64,000 nucleotides of DNA from Eledone cirrhosa (taxonomy: Eukaryota). The position numbers and the translations under genes were made by a program. The DNA lies in contig OZ024745.1 of the NCBI GenBank assembly GCA_964016885.1, positions 2,604,001 to 2,668,000 of the forward strand, given 5' to 3'. The number at the start of each line of letters is the position of its first letter. The stretch's first letter is position 1. Below are positions 14,000-31,200 of the stretch, in pieces. A model generated the notes under the pieces. The model was not told where the DNA came from and did no database searches. It worked only from the letters and a program-made list of their open reading frames with translations.

Positions 14000-16900
14000 C
14001 CAAGACACCAAGACACCAAGTCACGAAGACACCGAGACACCGAGACACCAAGACACCGAAACACCGAGGCACCAAGACACCAAGATACCGAGACACCAAG
14101 ACACGTAGACACCAAGACACCGAGACACCGAGACACCAAGACACCAAGACGCCGAGAAACCGAGACACCAAAACACCGAGACACCAAGACACCGAGACAC
14201 CGAGATACCAAGACACCGAGACACCGAGACACCAAGACACCGAGACACCGAGACACCAAGACACCAAGACACCGAGACACCAAGACACCGAGACACCGAG
14301 ACACCGAGACACCGAGACACCAAGACACCAAGACACCAAGACACAGATACACCGAGACACCAAGACACCGAGACAACAAGACAGCAAGCCACCGGGTCAC
14401 GGAAACACAAAGACACCAAAACACCGAGACACCAAGACACCAAGACACCAAGACACCAAGGCACCGAGACACCTAGACACCAAGACACCAAGACACCAAG
14501 TTACCAGGACACCGAGACACCGAGACACCAAGACACCAAAACACCGAGACACCAAGTCACCGTGACAGCGAGACACCAAGACACCAAGACACCTAGACAC
14601 CGAGACACCAAGACACCAAGACACTAAGACACAAATACACCAAGACACCAAGACACCAAGACACCGAGACACCAAGACACCAAGACACCAAGACACCGAG
14701 ACACCGAGACACCGAGACACCAAGACACCGAGACACCGAGACACCAAGACACCGTGACACCGAGACACCAAGACACCAAGACACCGAGACACCAAGACAC
14801 CGAGACACCGAGACACCAAGACACCAACACACAAAGACACCGAGACACCGAGACACCAATACACCGAGACAGCGAGACACCAAGCCACCGATTCACCGAA
14901 ACACCAAGACACCAAGAAACCTAGACACCGAGTCACCAAGACACCCAGGCACCAAGTCACCAAGACACCGAGACACCGAGACACCAAGACACCAAGAGAC
15001 CAAGGCACGAAGACACAAATACACCAAGACACCAGGACACCGAGACAGCAAGACACCAAGCCACCGAGTCACCGAAACACCAAGACACCAAGACACCGAG
15101 ACAACGAGACACCAAGACACCAAGACACTAAGACACCGGGACACCGAGACACCAAGACACCAAGACACCAAGACACCGAGACAACAAGACACCAAGACAC
15201 CAAGACACCTAGTCACCGACACACAGAGACATTAAGACACCGAGACACAGAGACACCAAGACACCAAGACACAGAGACACTGAGACACCAAGACACCGGG
15301 ACACCAATACATTGAGACACCGAGACACCAAGACACCAAGACACCAAGACACCGAGACACCGAGACATCAAGACACCGAGACATCAAGACACCGAGATAC
15401 GGAGACACCAAGACACCAAGACACCCAGACACCAAGACACCAAGACAACGAGACATAAAGACACCGAGACACCGAGGCACCAAGACACCAAGACACCAAG
15501 ACACCAAGACACCGAGACACCGAAACACTGAGACACTGTGACACCGAGACACCAAGACACCGAGACAGCAAGACAGCAAGACACCAAGACACCGAGACAC
15601 CGAGACACCAAGACACCGAGTCACCGAGACACCGAGACACCGAGACACCGGGACACCAAGACACCAAGACACTGAGACACCTAGACACCGAGACAACAAG
15701 ACACCAAGACACCGAGACACCAATACACCAAGACACCAAGACACCAACACACCGAGACACCGAGACACCGAGACACCAAGACACCAAGACACCAAGACAC
15801 CGAGACACCGAGACACCAATACACCGAGGCACCGAGAAACCAAGACACAAAAGACCCCAAGACACCGAGACACCGAGACACCGAGACACAAAGACACCAA
15901 GACACCAAGACACCAAGACGCGGAGACACCGAGGCACCAAGATACCGAGTCATCGACAAACCTAGACACCAAGACACCTAGACACCGAGACATCAAGATA
16001 CCGAGACACCACGACACCAAGAAACCGAGACACCAAGACACCAAGACACCAACACACCAAGACACCAACACACAAAGACACCGAGACACCGAGACACCAA
16101 AACACCAAGAGAGCGAGACACCAAGACACGGAGTCACCGAGACACCAAGACACAAAGACACCGAGACACCGAGACACCAAGACACCAAGACACCAAGACA
16201 CCGAGACACCGAGACACCAAGACACCAAGACACCAAGACAGCGAGACACCGAGACACCGAGACACCGAGATACCAAGACACCGAGACACCGAGACACCAA
16301 GACACCGAGACACCGAGACACCAAGACACCAAGACACCGAGACACCAAGACACCGAGACACCGAGACACCGAGACACCGAGACACCAAGACACCAAGACA
16401 CCAAGACACAGATACACCGAGACACCAAGACACCGAGACAACAAGACAGCAAGCCACCGGGTCACGGAAACACAAAGACACCAAAACACCGAGACACCAA
16501 GACACCAAGACACCAAGACACCAAGGCACCGAGACACCTAGACACCAAGACACCAAGACACCAAGTTACCAGGACACCGAGACACCGAGACACCAAGACA
16601 CCAAAACACCGAGACACCAAGTCACCGTGACAGCGAGACACCAAGACACCAAGACACCTAGACACCGAGACACCAAGACACCAAGACACTAAGACACTAA
16701 GACACCAAGACACCAAGACACCAAGACACCGAGACACCAAGACACCAAGACACCAAGACACCGAGATACCGAGACACCGAGACACCAAGACACCGAGACA
16801 CCGAGACACCAAGACACCGTGACACCGAGACACCAAGACACCAAGACACCGAGACACCAAGACACCGAGACACCGAGACACCAAGATAGCAACACACAAA

Positions 16901-19310
16901 GACACCGAGACACCGAGACACCAATACACCGAGACAGCGAGACACCAAGCCACCGATTCACCGAAACACCAAGACACCAAGAAACCTAGACACCGAGTCA
17001 CCAAGACACCCAGGCACCAAGTCACCAAGACACCGAGACACCGAGACACCAAGACACCAAGAGACCAAGGCACGAAGACACAAATACACCAAGACACCAG
17101 GACACCGAGACAGCAAGACACCAAGCCACCGAGTCACCGAAACACCAAGACACCAAGACACCGAGACAACGAGACACCAAGACACCAAGACACTAAGACA
17201 CCGGGACACCGAGACACCAAGACACCAAGACACCAAGACACCGAGACAACAAGACACCAAGACACCAAGACACCTAGTCACCGACACACAGAGACATTAA
17301 GACACCGAGACACCGAGACACCAAGACACCAAGACACAGAGACACTGAGACACAAAGACACCGGGACACCAATACATTGAGACACCGAGACACCAAGACA
17401 CCAAGACACCAAGACACCGAGACACCGAGACATCAAGACACCGAGACATCAAGACACCGAGATACGGAGACACCAAGACACCAAGACACCCAGACACCAA
17501 GACACCAAGACAACGAGACATAAAGACACCGAGACACCGAGGCACCAAGACACCAAGACACCAAGACACAAAGACACCGAGACACCGAAACACTGAGACA
17601 CTGTGACACCGAGACACCAAGACACCGAGACAGCAAGACAGCAAGACACCAAGACACCGAGACACCGAGACACCAAGACACCGAGTCACCGAGACACCGA
17701 GACACCGAGACACCGGGACACCAAGACACCAAGACACTGAGACACCTAGACACCGAGACAACAAGACACCAAGACACCGAGACACCAATACACCAAGACA
17801 CCAAGACACCAACACACCGAGACACCGAGACACCGAGACACCAAGACACCAAGACACCGAGACACCGAGACACCAATACACCGAGGCACCGAGAAACCGA
17901 GACACAAAAGACCCCAAGACACCGAGACACCGAGACACCGAGACACAAAGACACCAAGACAACAAGACACCAAGACACGGAGACACCGAGGCACCAAGAT
18001 ACCGAGTCATCGACAAACCTAGACACCAAGACACCTAGACACCGAGACATCAAGATACCGAGACACCACGACACCAAGAAACCGAGACACCAAGACACCA
18101 AGACACCAACACACCAAGACACCAACACACAAAGACACCGAGACACCGAGACACCAAAACACCAAGAGAGCGAGACACCAAGACACGGAGTCACCGAGAC
18201 ACCAAGACACAAAGACACCGAGACACCGAGACACCAAGACACCAAGACACCAAGACACCGAGACACCGAGACACCAAGACACCAAGACACCAAGACAGCG
18301 AGACACCGAGACATCAAGACACCTAGTCACCGAGACACCAAGACACCGAGACACCAAGACACCAAGACACCGTGACACCGAGACACCAAGACACCAAGAC
18401 ACCGAGACACCAAGACACCAAGACACCAAGTTACGAAGACACCGAGACACCGAGACACCAAGACACCGAAACACCGAGGCACCAAGACACCAAGATACCG
18501 AGACACCAAGACACGTAGACACCAAGACACCGAGACACCGAGACACCAAGACACCAAGACGCCGAGAAACCGAGACACCAAAACACCGAGACACCAAGAC
18601 ACCGAGACACCGAGATACCAAGACACCGAGACACCGAGACACCAAGACACCGAGACACCGAGACACCAAGACACCAAGACACCGAGACACCAAGACACCG
18701 AGACACCGAGACACCGAGACACCGAGACACCAAGACACCAAGACACAGATACACCGAGACACCAAGACACCGAGACAACAAGACAGCAAGCCACCGGGTC
18801 ACGGAAACACAAAGACACCAAAACACCGAGACACCAAGACACCAAGACACCAAGACACCAAGGCACCGAGACACCTAGACACCAAGACACCAAGACACCA
18901 AGTTACCAGGACACCGAGACACCGAGACACCAAGACACCAAAACACCGAGACACCAAGTCACCGTGACAGCGAGACACCAAGACACCAAGACACCTAGAC
19001 ACCGAGACACCAAGACACCAAGACACTAAGACACAAATACACCAAGACACCAAGACACCAAGACACCGAGACACCAAGACACCAAAACACCAAGACACCG
19101 AGACACCGAGACACCGAGACACCGAGACACCGAGACACCAAGACACCAAGACACCGAGACACCGAGACACCAAGACACCGTGACACCGAGACACCAAGAC
19201 ACCAAGACACCGAGACACCAAGACACCGAGACGCCGAGACACCAAGACACCAACACACAAAGACACCGAGACACCGAGACACCAATACACCGAGACAGCG
19301 AGACACCAAG
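14000..19310. repeat. HOR zone B: tandem duplication of about 2065 bp (about 14190-16250 and 16255-18310), plus a partial third copy (about 14000-14890 recurs at offset about 4410)
   Basis: ORF pairs are 14397/16462, 14893/16958 and 15384/17449. The landmark acacgtagac occurs at 14101 and 18511. Confidence 0.88.
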
Positions 19311-22300
19311 CCACCGAGAGACCGAAACACAAAGACACCAAGACACCGAGACATCAAGACACCGAGACATCGAGACACCGAGACACCGAGACACCAAGAC
19401 ACCGATACACCGAGACACCAAGACAAAAACACCGAGACACCAAGACACCGAGACACCAAGACACAAAGACACCGAGACACCAAGACACCAAGACGCCAAT
19501 ATACCGAGACACCAAGACACCACAAGACACCAAGACACCAAGACACCAACACACCGAGACACCGAGACATCAAGACACCGAGACACCAAGAAACCGAGAC
19601 ACCGAGACACCGAGACACCGAAACATAAAGACACCAAGACACCAAGACACCAAGACAACAAGACACCGAGACACCGAGACACCAAGACACCAAGACATCG
19701 TGTCACCAAGACACCAAGACACCAAGACACCGTGACACCGAGACATCAAAACACAAAGACACCAAGACACCGGGACACCCAGATACCAAGACACCGAGTC
19801 ACCGAGTCACCAAGACACCAAGACACCAAGACAGCAAGACACTAACACACCGAGACACCGAGACACCAAGATACCAAGACACCAAGACACCCAGTCAACG
19901 AGACACCAAGACACCAAGACATCAAGACATCAAGACAACGAGACACAAAGACACCAAGACACCAAGACACCAAGACACCAAGACACCGAGAAACCGAGAC
20001 ACCAAGACACCATGACACCGAGACACCAAGACACCAAGACACCAATACACCGAGACACCAAGACACCACAAGACACCAAGACACCGAGACACCGAGACAT
20101 CAAGAAACCGAGACACCGAGACACCGAGACACCAAGACACCGAGACACCATGACACCGAGACACAAAGACAACAAGATACCGAGTCAGCGAGACACCAAG
20201 ACACCAAGACACCGAGACACCGAGACACCAAGACACCGAGACACTGAGACAGCGAGACACCGTGACACCGAGACACCGAGACACAAAGACACCAAGACAC
20301 AAAGACACCGAGACACCGAGACACCAAGACACCGAGTCACCGAGACACCAAATCACCGAGACACCGAGACACTAAACAACAAGACACCAAGACACCAAGT
20401 CAGCGAGACACCCAGACATCAAGACTCCGAGATATCAAGACACCAAGACATCAAGACACCGAGACATCAAGACACCAGGACACCAAGACACCGAGACACC
20501 GAGACACCAAGACACCGAGACACCAAGACACCGAGACACCGAGTCACCATGACACCCAGACACCCAGACACCAAGTCACCAAGACACCGAGACACCGAGA
20601 CACCAAGACACCAAGACACCAAGACACAAAGACACAAATACACCGATACACCAGGACACCGAGACAGCAGGACACCAAGCCACCGAGTCACAGAAACACC
20701 AAGACAACAAGACACCGAGACACCGAGACACCAAGATAACCAAGACACTAAGACACCGGGACACCGAGACACCAAGACACCGAGACACCAAGACACCGAG
20801 ACACCGAGACACCAAGACACCAAGACACCAAGACACCAAGACACCGAGACAACAAGACACCAAGACACCAAGACACCTAGACACCGACACAGAGACACTA
20901 AGCCACCGAGACACCGAGACACCAAGACACCAAGACACAGAGACACTGAGACACCAAGACACCGAGACACCAATACATTGAGACACCGAGACACCAATAC
21001 ACCAAGACACCAAGACACCGAGACACCGAGACATCAAGACACCGAGACATCAAGACACCGAGATACGGAGACACCAAGACACCAAGACACCCAGACACCA
21101 AGACACCAAGACAACGAGGCATCAAGACACCGAGACACCGAGGCACCAAGACACCAAGACACCAAGACACCAAGACACCGAGACACCGAAACGCTGAGAC
21201 AAAGTGACACCGAGACACCAAGACACCGAGACAGCAAGACAGCAAGACACCAAATACCGAGACACCAAGACACCAAGACACCGAGACACCGAGACACCGA
21301 GACACCGACACAACAAGACACCAAGACACCAAGAAACCTAGACACCGAGTCACCAAGACACCCAGACACCAAGTCACCAAGACACCGAGACACCGAGACA
21401 CCAAGACACCAAGAGACCAAGGCAAAAAGACACAAATACACCAAGACACCAGGACACCGAGACAGCAAGACACCAAGCCACCGAGTCACCGAAACACCAA
21501 GACACCAAGACACCGAGACACCGAGACACCAAGACACCAAGACACTAAGACACCGGGACACCGAGACACCAAGACACCGAGACACCAAGACACCGAGACA
21601 CCGAGACACCAAGACACCAAGACACCAAGACACCGAGACAACAAGACACCTAGTCACCGACACACAGAGACATTAAGACACCGAGACACCGAGACACCAA
21701 GACACCAAGACACAGAGACACTGAGACACCAAGACACCGGGACACCAATACGTTGAGACACCGAGACACCAAGACACCAAGACACCAAGACACCGAGACA
21801 CCGAGACATCAAGACACCGAGACATCAAGACACCGAGATACGGAGACACCAAGACACCAAGACACCCAGACACCAAGACACCAAGACAACGAGACATCAA
21901 GACACCGAGACACCGAGGCACCAAGACACCAAGACACCAAGACACCAAGACACCGAGACACCGAAACACTGAGACATTGTGACACCGAGACACCAAGACA
22001 CCGAGACAACAAGACAGCAAGCCACCGGGTCACGGAAACACAAAGACACCAAAACACCGAGACACCAAGACACCAAGACACCAAGACACCAAGACACCAA
22101 GGCACCGAGACACCTAGACACCAAGACACCAAGACACCAAGTTACCAGGACACCGAGACACCGAGACACCAAGACACCAAAACACCGAGACACCAAGTCA
22201 CCGTGACAGCGAGACACCAAGACACCAAGACACCTAGACACCGAGACACCAAGACACCAAGACACTAAGACACAAATACACCAAGACACCAAGACACCAA

Positions 22301-25240
22301 GACACCGAGACACCAAGACACCAAAACACCAAGACACCGAGACACCGAGACACCGAGACACCGAGACACCGAGACACCAAGACACCAAGACACCGAGACG
22401 CCGAGACACCAAGACACCGTGACACCGAGACACCAAGACACCAAGACACCGAGACACCAAGACACCGAGACGCCGAGACACCAAGACACCAACACACAAA
22501 GACACCGAGACACCGAGACACCAATACACCGAGACAGCGAGACACCAAGCCACCGAGAGACCGAAACACAAAGACACCAAGACACCGAGACATCAAGACA
22601 CCGAGACATCGAGACACCGAGACACCGAGACACCAAGACACCGATACACCGAGACACCAAGACAAAAACACCGAGACACCAAGACACCGAGACACCAAGA
22701 CACAAAGACACCGAGACACCAAGACACCAAGACGCCAATATACCGAGACACCAAGACACCACAAGACACCAAGACACCAAGACACCAACACACCGAGACA
22801 CCGAGACATCAAGACACCGAGACACCAAGAAACCGAGACACCGAGACACCGAGACACCGAAACATAAAGACACCAAGACACCAAGACACCAAGACAACAA
22901 GACACCGAGACACCGAGACACCAAGACACCAAGACATCGTGTCACCAAGACACCAAGACACCAAGACACCGTGACACCGAGACATCAAAACACAAAGACA
23001 CCAAGACACCGGGACACCCAGATACCAAGACACCGAGTCACCGAGTCACCAAGACACCAAGACACCAAGACAGCAAGACACTGACACACCGAGACACCGA
23101 GACACCAAGATACCAAGACACCAAGACACCCAGTCAACGAGACACCAAGACACCAAGACATCAAGACATCAAGACAACGAGACACAAAGACACCAAGACA
23201 CCAAGACACCAAGACACCAAGACACCGAGAAACCGAGACACCAAGACACCATGACACCGAGACACCAAGACACCAAGACACCAATACACCGAGACACCAA
23301 GACACCACAAGACACCAAGACACCGAGACACCGAGACATCAAGAAACCGAGACACCGAGACACCGAGACACCAAGACACCGAGACACCATGACACCGAGA
23401 CACAAAGACAACAAGACACCGAGTCAGCGAGACACCAAGACACCAAGACACCGAGACACCGAGACACCAAGACACCGAGACACTGAGACAGCGAGACACC
23501 GTGACACCGAGACACCGAGACACAAAGACACCAAGACACAAAGACACCGAGACACCGAGACACCAAGACACCGAGTCACCGAGACACCAAATCACCGAGA
23601 CACCGAGACACTAAACAACAAGACACCAAGACACCAAGTCAGCGAGACACCCAGACATCAAGACACCGAGATATCAAGACACCAAGACATCAAGACACCG
23701 AGACATCAAGACACCAGGACACCAAGACACCGAGACACCGAGACACCAAGACACCGAGACACCAAGACACCGAGACACCGAGTCACCATGACACCCAGAC
23801 ACCCAGACACCAAGTCACCAAGACACCGAGACACCGAGACACCAAGACACCAAGACACCAAGACACAAAGACACAAATACACCGATACACCAGGACACCG
23901 AGACAGCAGGACACCAAGCCACCGAGTCACAGAAACACCAAGACAACAAGACACCGAGACACCGAGACACCAAGATAACCAAGACACTAAGACACCGGGA
24001 CACCGAGACACCAAGACACCGAGACACCAAGACACCGAGACACCGAGACACCAAGACACCAAGACACCAAGACACCAAGACACCGAGACAACAAGACACC
24101 AAGACACCAAGACACCTAGACACCGACACAGAGACACTAAGCCACCGAGACACCGAGACACCAAGACACCAAGACACAGAGACACTGAGACACCAAGACA
24201 CCGAGACACCAATACATTGAGACACCGAGACACCAATACACCAAGACACCAAGACACCGAGACACCGAGACATCAAGACACCGAGACATCAAGACACCGA
24301 GATACGGAGACACCAAGACACCAAGACACCCAGACACCAAGACACCAAGACAACGAGGCATCAAGACACCGAGACACCGAGGCACCAAGACACCAAGACA
24401 CCAAGACACCAAGACACCGAGACACCGAAACGCTGAGACAAAGTGACACCGAGACACCAAGACACCGAGACAGCAAGACAGCAAGACACCAAATACCGAG
24501 ACACCAAGACACCAAGACACCGAGACACCGAGACACCGAGACACCGACACAACAAGACACCAAGACACCAAGAAACCTAGACACCGAGTCACCAAGACAC
24601 CCAGACACCAAGTCACCAAGACACCGAGACACCGAGACACCAAGACACCAAGAGACCAAGGCAAAAAGACACAAATACACCAAGACACCAGGACACCGAG
24701 ACAGCAAGACACCAAGCCACCGAGTCACCGAAACACCAAGACACCAAGACACCGAGACACCGAGACACCAAGACACCAAGACACTAAGACACCGGGACAC
24801 CGAGACACCAAGACACCGAGACACCAAGACACCGAGACACCGAGACACCAAGACACCAAGACACCAAGACACCGAGACAACAAGACACCTAGTCACCGAC
24901 ACACAGAGACATTAAGACACCGAGACACCGAGACACCAAGACACCAAGACACAGAGACACTGAGACACCAAGACACCGGGACACCAATACGTTGAGACAC
25001 CGAGACACCAAGACACCAAGACACCAAAACACCGAGACACCGAGACATCAAGACACCGAGACATCAAGACACCGAGATACGGAGACACCAAGACACCAAG
25101 ACACCCAGACACCAAGACACCAAGACAACGAGACATCAAGACACCGAGACACCGAGGCACCAAGACACCAAGACACCAAGACACCAAGACACCGAGACAC
25201 CGAAACACTGAGACATTGTGACACCGAGACACCAAGACAC
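18770..25240. repeat. HOR zone C: near-identical 3239-bp tandem duplication
   Basis: ORF pairs are 18995/22234, 19180/22419 and 20012/23251. The two 554-aa translations differ at two residues that I could see. Confidence 0.92.
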
Positions 25241-28200
25241 CGAGACACCAAGACAGCAAGACAGCAAGACACCAAGACACCGAGACACCGAGACACCAAG
25301 ACACCGAGACACCGAGACACCGAGACACCGAGACACCGAGACACCGGGACACCAAGACACCAAGACACTGAGACACCTGGACACCGAGACAACAAGACAC
25401 CAAGACACCGAGACACCAATACACCAAGACACCAAGACACCAACACACCGAGACACCGAGACACCGAGACACCAAGACACCAACACACCAAGACACCGAG
25501 ACACCGAGACACCAATACACAGAGGCACCGAGAAACCAAGACACAAAAGACCCCAAGACACCGAGACACCGAGACACCGAGACACAAAGACACCAAGACA
25601 CCAAGACACCAAGACACGGAGACACCGAGGCACCAAGATACCGAGTCATCGACAAACCTAGACACCAAGACACCTAGACACCGAGACATCAAGATACCGA
25701 GACACCACGACACCAAGAAACCGAGACACCAAGACACCAAGACACCAACACACCAAGACACCAACACACAAAGACACCGAGACACCGAGACACCAAAACA
25801 CCAAGAGAGCGAGACACCAAGACACGGAGTCACCGAGACACCAAGACACCAAGACACCGAGACACCGAGACACCAAGACACCAAGACACCAAGACACCGA
25901 GACACCGAGACACCAAGACACCAAGACACCAAGACAGCGAGACACCGAGACATCAAGACACCTAGTCACCGAGACACCAAGACACCGAGACACCAAGACA
26001 CCAAGACACCAAAACACCAAGACACCAAGACACCGAGACACCAAGACACCGAAACACCAAGACACCAAGACACCGAGAGACCGAAACACAAAGACACCAA
26101 GACACCGAGACATCAAGACACCGAGACATCGAGACACCGAGACACCGAGACACCAAGACACCGATACACCGAGACACCAAGACAAAAACACCGAGACACC
26201 AAGACACCGAGACACCAAGACACAAAGACACCGAGACACCAAGACACCAAGACGCCAATATACCGAGACACCAAGACACCACAAGACGCCAAGACACCAA
26301 GACACCAACACACCGAGACACCGAGACATCAAGACACCGAGACACCAAGAAACCGAGACACCGAGACACCGAGACACCGAAACATAAAGACACCAAGACA
26401 CCAAGACACCAAGACAACAAGACACCGAGACACCGAGACACCAAGACACCAAGACATCGTGTCACCAAGACACCAAGACACCAAGACACCGTGACACCGA
26501 GACATCAAAACACAAAGACACCAAGACACCGGGACACCCAGATACCAAGACACCGAGTCACCGAGTCACCAAGACACCAAGACACCAAGACAGCAAGACA
26601 CTGACACACCGAGACACCGAGACACCAAGATACCAAGACAGCAAGACACCCAGTCAACGAGACACCAAGACACCAAGACATCAAGACATCAAGACAACGA
26701 GACACCAAGACACCAAGACACCAAGACACCAAGACACCAAGACACCGAGAAACCGAGACACCAAGACACCAAGACACCGAGACACCGAGACACCGAGACA
26801 CCAAGACACCATGACACCGAGACACCAAGACACCAAGACACCAATACACCGAGACACCAAGACACCACAAGACACCAAGACACCGAGACACCGAGACATC
26901 AAGAAACCGAGACACCGAGACACCGAGACACCAAGACACCGAGACACCATGACACCGAGACACAAAGACAACAAGACACCGAGTCAGCGAGACACCAAGA
27001 CACCAAGACACCGAGACACCGAGACACCAAGACACCGAGACACTGAGACAGCGAGACACCGTGACACCGAGACACCGAGACACAAAGACACCAAGACACA
27101 AAGACACCGAGACACCGAGACACCAAGACACCGAGTCACCGAGACACCAAATCACCGAGACACCGAGACACTAAACAACAAGACACCAAGACACCAAGTC
27201 AGCGAGACACCGAGACATCAAGACACCGAGATATCAAGACACCAAGACATCAAGACACCGAGACATCAAGACACCAAGACACCAAGACACCGAGACACCG
27301 AGACACCAAGACACCGAGACACCAAGACACCGAGACACCGAGTCACCATGACACTCAGACACCCAGACACCAAGTCACCAAGACACCGAGACACCGAGAC
27401 ACCAAGACACCAAGACACCAAGACACAAAGACACAAATACACCGATACACCAGGACACCGAGACAGCAGGACACCAAGCCACCGAGTCACCGAAACACCA
27501 AGACAACAAGACACCGAGACACCGAGACACCAAGATAACCAAGACACTAAGACACCGGGACACCGAGACACCAAGACACCGAGACACCAAGACACCGAGA
27601 CACCGAGACACCAAGACACCAAGACACCAAGACACCAAGACACCGAGACAACAAGACACCAAGACACCAAGACACCTAGACACCGACACACAGAGACATT
27701 AAGCCACCGAGACACCGAGACACCAAGACACCAAGACACAGAGACACTGAGACACCAAGACACCTAGACACCAATACATTGAGACACCGAGACACCAATA
27801 CACCAAGACACCAAGACACCGAGACACCGAGACATCAAGACACCGAGACATCAAGACACCGAGATACGGAGACACCAAGACACCAAGACACCCAGACACC
27901 CAGACACCAAGACAACGAGACATCAAGACACCGAGACACCGAGGCACCAAGACACCAAGACACCAAGACACCAAGACACCGAGACACCGAAACGCTGAGA
28001 CACAGTGACACCGAGACACCAAGACACCGAGACAGCAAGACAGCAAGACACCAAGATACCGAGACACCAAGACACCAAGACACCGAGACACCGAGACACC
28101 GAGACACCGAGACACCGAGACACCGGGACACCAAGACACCAAGACACTGAGACACCTAGACACCAAGACACCGAGACACCAAGACACCAAGACACCGAGA

Positions 28201-31200
28201 CACCAATACACCAAGACACCAAGACACCAACACACCGAGACACCGAGACACCAAGACACCAAGACACCAAGACACCGAGACACCGAGACAGCAATACACC
28301 GAGACACCGAGGCACCGAGGCACCGAGAAACCAAGACACAAAAGACACCAAGACACCGAGACACCGAGATACCGAGACACAAAGACACCAAGACACCAAG
28401 ACACCAAGACACCAAGACACGGAGACACCGAGGCACCAAGAAACCGAGTCATCGAGACACCAAGACACCAAGACACCTAGACACCGAGACACCAAGATAC
28501 CGAGACACCACGACACCAAGAAACCGAGACACCAAGACACCAAACACCAAGACACCAACAGACAATGTCACCGAGACACCGAGACACCAAAACACCAAGA
28601 CAGCGAGCCACCAAGACACCGAGTCACCGAGACACCAAGACACCAAGACACCGAGACACCGAGACATCGAGACACCAAGACACCAAGACTACCGAGACAC
28701 CGAGACACCAAGACCCCAAGACACCAAGACACCAAGACAGCGAGACACCGAGACATCAAGACACCTAGTCACCGAGACACCAAGAAACCGAGACACCAAG
28801 ACACCAAGACACCAAAACACCAAGACACCAAGACACCGAGACACCAAGACACCGAAACACCAAGACACCAAGACACCGAGATACCGAAACACAAAGACAC
28901 CAAGACACCGAGACATCAAGTCACCGAGACATCGAGACACCGAGACACCGAGACACCAAGACACCGAGACACCGAGACACCAAGACACCAAGCACCGAAA
29001 CACCAAGACACCGAGACACCACGACACAAAGACACCGAGACACCAAGACACCAAGACGCCAATATACCGAGACACCAAGACACCACAAGACAACAAGACA
29101 CCAAGACACCAAGACACCGAGACACCGAGACATCAAGACACCGAGACACCAAGAAACCGAGACACCGAGACACCGAGACACCGAAACATAAAGACACCAA
29201 GACACCAAGACACCAAGACAACAAGACACCGAGACACCGAGACACCAAGACACCAAGACATCGTGTCACCAAGACACCAAGACGGCAACACACCGTGACA
29301 CCGAGACATCAAGACACAAAGACACCAAAACACCGGGACACCCAGATACCAAGACACCAAGACACCGAGTCACCGAGACACCGAGACACCAAGACACCAA
29401 GACATCAAGACACCAAGACAGCGAAACACCGAGACACCAAGACACCGAGACATCAATACACCAAGACACCAAGATACCGAGACACCAAGATACCAAGACA
29501 CCAAGACACCGAGTCACCGAGTCACCAAGACACCAAGACACCAAGACACCAAGACACCGACACACCGAGACGTCAAGACACCAAGACACCGAGACACCGA
29601 GACACAAAGACACCAAGACACCAAGATACCAAGACACCAAGACACCCAGTCAACGAGACACCAAGACACAGAGACATCAAGACATCAAGACAACGAGACA
29701 CCAAGACACCAAGACACCGAGACACCGAGACATCAAGACACCGAGACAACAAGAAACCGAGACACCGAGACACCGAGACACCGAAACACCAAGACACCAA
29801 GACACCAAGACACCAAGACACCAAGACACCGAGACACCGAGACACCAAGACGTCAAGACACCAAGACACCGAGACACCGAGACACAAAGACACCAAGACA
29901 CCAAGACACGGAGACACCGAGGCACCAAGATACCGAGTCATCGAGACACCAAGACACCAAGACACCTAGACACCGAGACATCAAGATACAGAGACACCAC
30001 GACACCAAGAAACCGAGACACCAAGACACCAAGACAACAAGACAACAACACACAAAGACACCGAGACACCGAGACACCAAGACACCAAGACACAGAGACA
30101 CTGAGATACCAAGACACCGAGACACCAATACATTGAGACACCGAGACACCAAGACACCAAGACACCAAGACACCGAGACACCGAGACATCAAGACACCGA
30201 GACATCAAGACACCGAGATACGGAGACACCAAGACACCAACACACCCAGACACCAAGACACCAAGACAACGAGACATCAAGACACCGAGGCACCAAGACA
30301 CCAAGACACCAAGACACCAAAACACCGAGACACCGAAACACTGAGACACTGTGACACCGAGACACCAAGACACCGAGACAGCAAGACAGCAAGACACCAA
30401 GATACCGAGACACCGAGACACCAAGACACCGAGACACCGAGACACCGAGACCCCGAGACACCGAGACACCGAGACACCAATACACCAAGACACCGAGACA
30501 CCAACACACCGAGACACCGAGACACCAAGACACCGAGACACCATGACACCGAGACACAAAGACAACAAGACACCGAGTCAGCGAGACACCAAGACACCAA
30601 GACACCGAGACACCGAGACACCAAGACACCGAGACACTGAGACAGCGAGACACCGTGACACCGAGACACCGAGACACAAAGACACCAAGACACAAAGACA
30701 CCGAGACACCGAGACACCAAGACACCGAGTCACCGAGACACCAAATCACCGAGACACCGAGACACTAAACAACAAGACACCAAGACACCAAGTCAGCGAG
30801 ACACCGAGACATCAAGACACCGAGATATCAAGACACCAAGACATCAAGACACCGAGACATCAAGACACCAAGACACCAAGACACCGAGACACCGAGACAC
30901 CAAGACACCGAGACACCAAGACACCGAGACACCGAGTCACCATGACACCCAGACACCCAGACACCAAGTCACCAAGACACCGAGACACCGAGACACCAAG
31001 ACACCAAGACACCAAGACACAAAGACACAAATACACCGATACACCAGGACACCGAGACAGCAGGACACCAAGCCACCGAGTCACAGAAACACCAAGACAA
31101 CAAGACACCGAGACACCGAGACACCGAGATAACCAAGACACTAAGACACCGGGACACCGAGACACCAAGACACCGAGACACCAAGACACCGAGACAACAA

